Positions 59,528 through 64,000 of a stretch of 64,000 nucleotides of DNA are shown in pieces. Below the pieces are notes generated by a model, which saw only the letters and a program-made list of their open reading frames with translations, was not told where the DNA came from and ran no database searches. Every line of letters begins with the position of its first letter. The first letter of the stretch is position 1. Location of the stretch: positions 124,001 to 188,000 of the forward strand of contig JAXLNO010004500.1 of the NCBI GenBank assembly GCA_038087875.1, in the 5' to 3' direction. The DNA comes from Malacoraja senta (Eukaryota). The translations under genes and the position numbers were made by a program.

Positions 59528-59977
59528 ATGCAGCCAGTGATGCATGCATTCCCTTTAATGCAGCCAGTGATGCATGCATTCCCTTTAATGCAGCCAGTGA
59601 TGCATGCATTCCCTTTAATGCAGCCAGTGATGCATGCATTCCCTTTAATGCAGCCAGTGATGAATGCATTCCCTTTAATGCAGCCAGTGATGCATGCATT
59701 CCCTTTAATGCAGCCAGTGATGCATGCATTCCCTTTAATGCAGCCAGTGATGCATGCATTCCCTTTAATGCAGCCAGTGATGCATGCATTCCCTTTAATG
59801 CAGCCAGTGATGAATGCATTCCCTTTAATGCAGCCAGTGATGCATGCATTCCCTTTAATGCAGCCAGTGATGCATGCATTCCATTTAATGCAGCCAGTGA
59901 TGAATGCATTCCCTTTAATGCAGCCAGTGATGCATGCATTCCCTATAATGCAGCCAGGGGTGCATGCATTCCCTTTA
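59528..59977. repeat. 30-bp minisatellite, 15 copies
   Basis: Unit ATGCAGCCAGTGATGCATGCATTCCCTTTA with a strict 30-bp period and few variants. Confidence 0.97.
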
Positions 59978-60246
59978 ATGCAGCAGGGGGAACATGCACA
60001 GGCGCTTGCAGGCCGATCCCCGCATTTTATAATTCACACTATATTCACACTTAATATAGCACTTCAGGCAGGTTTCTGTCTCATTTCCAAACCATTTCCC
60101 CAAACCCCTCCCACAAACTCACCAAGCCGACCTTGCGTGACAACGGCGTGGATGTGGGGAGCCCAGACCGGCCAAAACAGGTCCTTCGGCCCATTCCCCC
60201 CCCTGCCAGCCCGCTGATGGTATTGTCTGAATCGGGTCTACGTTCG

Positions 60247-61110
60247 NNNNNNNNNNNNNNNNNNNNNNNNNNNNNNNNNNNNNNNNNNNNNNNNNNNNNN
60301 NNNNNNNNNNNNNNNNNNNNNNNNNNNNNNNNNNNNNNNNNNNNNNNNNNNNNNNNNNNNNNNNNNNNNNNNNNNNNNNAACAGGCCCTTTGGCCCAACT
60401 TGCCCACACCGGCCAACATGCCCCATCTACACTAGTCCCACCTGCTGCCCGCGTTTGGCCCATATCCCTCCAAACCTGTCCTATCCATGTACCTGTCCAA
60501 GTGTTGTGATAGTCCCAGCCTCACCTGCCTCCTCCGGCAGCTCGTTCCAGTTGCCCTTCAGATTCTTATTCAAATTTCCCCACCCCCGCCTCTCTCACCT
60601 TAAACCCGTGTCCTCTGATCCTCGATTCCCGTACTCTGGGCAAGAGACTCTGTGCGTCTACCCGATCTTTTCCTCTGGTGATTTTGTACACATCTATAAG
60701 ATCACCCCTCATCCTCCTGCGCTCCAAGGAATAGAGATCACCCCTCATCCTCCTGCGCTCCAGACAGCCTTGTGGGGCCTAAAGTAGATTCTCAGCCAGG
60801 CACGCAGCAAAATCAATGTTTTGGCCTTTTCCCTGTGCTGGCTGGTTGTGCTGACTGGCATGGTGCTTTTAAGCCTCCAATGCATCACAGAGCCATGAGG
60901 GAATACTTGCTCCAATTTGACCAGCTTTGTGTGGCCTATNNNNNNNNNNNNNNNNNNNNNNNNNNNNNNNNNNNNNNNNNNNNNNNNNNNNNNNNNNNNN
61001 NNNNNNNNNNNNNNNNNNNNNNNNNNNNNNNNNNNNNNNNNNNNNNNNNNNNNNNNNNNNNNNNNNNNNNNNNNNNNNNNNNNNNNNNNNNNNNNNNNNN
61101 NNNNNNNNNN
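60247..61110. other. Two assembly gaps (N 60247-60379 and 60940-61110) flanking a CR1 3' fragment (about 60380-60730, minus)
   Basis: N runs; the intervening sequence resembles CR1 3' ends. Confidence 0.9.
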
Positions 61111-61184
61111 CCTTGAGTCTCCCCGCAGATGCGTACCTGCACAAGACATGAAGTGATTAATTACGATTTCTAGTACAAGATTTC

Positions 61185-64000
61185 TAGAAAATGCAAAAGG
61201 TGGTTTGCTTTGAAAATGCAAAAGGTGGTTTGCTTTGAGAATGCTAAAGGTTGTTTGCTTTGAAAATGCAAATGGTGTTTTGCTTTGAAAATATAAAAGG
61301 TTTGCTTTGAAAATACAAAAGGTTTGCTTTGAAAATGCAAATCGTGGTTTGCTTTGAAAATACAAAAGGTAGTATGCTTTGAAAATGCAAAATGTTGTTT
61401 GCTTTGAAAATACAAAGGGTGGTTTGCTTTGAAAATACAAAAGGTAGTATGCTTTGAAAATGCAAAATGTGGTTTGCTTTGAAAAATACAAAGGGTAGTT
61501 TTCTTTAAAAATGTAAAAGGTGGTTTGGTCTGAAAATGCAAAAGGTGGTTTGCTTTGAAAATGCAAAATGTTTGCTTTGAAAATGCAAAATGTTTGCTTT
61601 GAAAATGCAAATGGTTTGCTTTGAAAATGCAAATCGTGGTTTGCTTTGAAAATACAAAAGGTAGTATGCTTTGAAAATGCAAAATGTGGTTTGCTTTGAA
61701 AATACAAAGGGTGGTTTGCTTTGAAAATACAAAAGGTAGTATGCTTTGAAAATGCAAAAGGTTTGCTTCGAAAATGCAAAAAGTATCCTGAAAATGCAAA
61801 TGGTGGTTTGGTTTGAAAATGGAAATTATGGTTTGGTTTGAAAATGCAAATGATGGTTTGATTTGAAAATGCAAATGCTGGTTTGGTTTGAAAATGCACA
61901 TGGTGGATTGGTTCGAAAATGCTAAAGGTTTGGTTTGAAAATGCAAAAGGATTGGGTTGAAAATGCAAAAGTTGGTTTGCTTTAAAAATGCTCAAGGTGG
62001 GTTTGCTTTGAAAATGCAAATGGTGTTTTGCTTTGAAAATGCAAAAGGTTTGCTTTGAAAATACAAAAGGTTTGCTTTGAAAATGCAAATCGTGGTTTGC
62101 TTTGAAAATACAAAAGGTAGTATGCTTTGAAAATGCAAAATGTGGTTTGCTTTGAAAATACAAAGGGTGGTTTGCTTTGAAAATACAAAAGGTAGTATGC
62201 TTTGAAAATGCAAAATGTGGTTTGCTTTGAAAATACAAAGGGCAGTTTGCTTTAAAAATGCAAAAGGTGGTTTGGTCTGAAAATGCAAAAGGTGGTTTGC
62301 TTTGAAAATGCAAAATGTTTGCTTTGAAAATGCAAATGGTTTGCTTTGAAAATGCAAAGATTTGCTTTGAAAATGCAAAGACTTGCTTTGAAAATGCAAA
62401 AGGTTTGCTTCGAAAATGCAAAAAATATCCTGAAAATGCAAAAGGTGTTTCCGTTTGAAAATGCAAATGGTGGTTTGGTTTGAAAATGCAAATGGTGGTT
62501 TGAAAATTGAAATTATGGTTTGGTTTGAAAATGCAAATGATGGTTTGATTTGAAAATGCAAATGCTGGTTTGGTTTGAAAATGCAAATGGTGGATTGGTT
62601 CGAAAATGCTAAAGGTTTGGTTTGAAAATGCAAAAGGATTGGGTTGAAAATGCAAAAGTTGGTTTGCTTTGCAAATCCAAAAGATGGTTTGCTTCGAAAA
62701 TGCAAATGGCGGTTTGCTTCGAAAAGGCAAATGGCGGTTTGCTTTGAAAATTGAATTTTTTTTTATTTGTAAATGCAAACGGTGGTTTGCTTTAAAAATG
62801 CTAAAGGTGGTTTGCTTTGAAAATGCAAATGGTGTGTTGCTTTGAAAATACAAAAGGTTTGCTTTGAAAATGCAAACGGATGGATTTGAAAATGCAAAAG
62901 GTTTGCTTTGAAAATGCAAATCGTGGTTTGCTTTGAAAATGCCAATGGTGCTTTGCTTTGAAAATGCGAAATGTAGTTTGCTTTGAAAATACAAAAGGTG
63001 GTTTGCTTTGAAATTGCAAAAGGCGGTTTGCTTTGAAAATGCAAAAGGTGCTTTGAAAATGCAAAATGTTTGCTTTGTAAATGCAAATGGTTTGTTTTGA
63101 AAATGCAAATGTTTGCATTAAAAATGCAAAAGGTTTACTTTGAAAATGCAAAATGTTTGCTTTGAAAATGTAAAAGGAGGTTCGGTTTGAAATGCAAAAG
63201 GGAGTTCGGTTTGGAAATGCAAAACGAGGTTTGGTTTGAAAATGCAAATGGTGGTTTGGTTTGAAAATGCAAATGATGGTTTGGTTTGAAATGCAAATGA
63301 TGGTTTGGTTTGAAAATGCAAATGGTGGTTTGGTTTGAAAATGTAAATGGTGGTTTGGTTTGAAAATGCAAATGGTGGTTTTGTTTGAAAATGCAAATGG
63401 TGGTTGTGTTTGAAAATGCAAAAGATTTGGTATGAAAATGCAAAAGGATTGGATTGAAAATGAAAATAGTGGTTTGATTTGAGTATGCAAAAGGTTTGCT
63501 CTGAAAATGCAAAAGGTTTTGCTTCCTAAATGCAAATGGTGGTTTGCTTTGAAAATGGAAATTGGTGGTTCGCTTTGAAAATGCTGAAGGTGGTTTGATT
63601 TGAAAAAGTAAATGGTGGTTTGCTTTGAAAATGCAAAATGTGGTTTGCTTTGAAAATGCAAAAGGTGGTTTGCTTTGAACATGCAAAAGGTGGTTTGCTT
63701 TGAACATGCAAAAGGTGGTTTGCTTTCAAAATGCAAAAGGTGATTTGCTTTGAAAATGCAAAAGGTGCTTTGCTTTGTAAGTGCAAAAGGTGGTTAGCTT
63801 TGAAAATGCAAAAAGATTTGCTTTGAAAATGCATAAATGGTTTGCTTTCAAAATGCAAAAGGTGGTTTGCTTTGAAAATGCGAAAGGTGGTTTACTTTGA
63901 AAATGCAAAGGCAAGTGCGGTTGCTTTGAAAATGCAAAGGCAAGTGTGGTTGTTTTGAAAATGCAAAGGCAAGTGCGGTTGCTTTGAAAATGCGAAGGCA
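61185..64000. repeat. Diverged 21-25-bp satellite (TTTGCTTTGAAAATGCAAA(A/T)GGTGG-like), running off the window
   Basis: More than 100 monomers, with longer blocks duplicated at offsets of about 690-750 bp. Confidence 0.95.

Noticed and set aside
59508-60217. ORFs with (MQPVMHAFPL)n and (MHASLAALKG)n repeats
   Set aside because: These are by-products of a 30-bp stop-free minisatellite, open on both strands, with no other coding evidence.
60745-63914. Long minus-strand ORFs (up to 787 aa) rich in FSKQT/HFQSK
   Set aside because: They are translations of the satellite, open in several frames, and the longest runs across an N gap.

Overview
Vertebrate genomic DNA, almost certainly from a cartilaginous fish (probably a skate or ray). 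The host is inferred from abundant HE1/V-SINE-type SINEs, CR1 LINEs with (TTCTATGT)n tails and Penelope-type terminal repeats. There are no prokaryotic genes, rRNA/tRNA genes or CRISPR arrays. The only clear host gene is a + strand MHC class I-like heavy-chain gene spread over about 37 kb: alpha1 5167-5427, alpha2 19224-19499, alpha3 26548-26814, TM 29488-29595 and a probable cytoplasmic exon at 42270-42310. All introns are phase 1, and the leader exon was not found. The gene looks nonclassical: several peptide-anchoring residues are replaced and the predicted tail RKKRR-DYQNI closely resembles the CD1b sorting tail. As assembled, the alpha3/TM splice junction creates a stop codon. The rest is mostly nested mobile DNA: a hAT (Charlie/Buster) transposon with TIRs and TSD, a Harbinger-type MITE, a near full-length L1 split by a CR1, a DIRS tyrosine-recombinase retrotransposon with a methyltransferase-like domain, an ERV env plus LTR remnant, a solo LTR, Rex1/Babar, RTE and Penelope fragments with hammerhead-like motifs, and many SINEs. 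The end of the window has a CpG/ETS promoter-like element with a splice donor, a 30-bp minisatellite, three N gaps and an octamer-rich satellite. Coordinates of degraded repeats are approximate, and no database searches were run.
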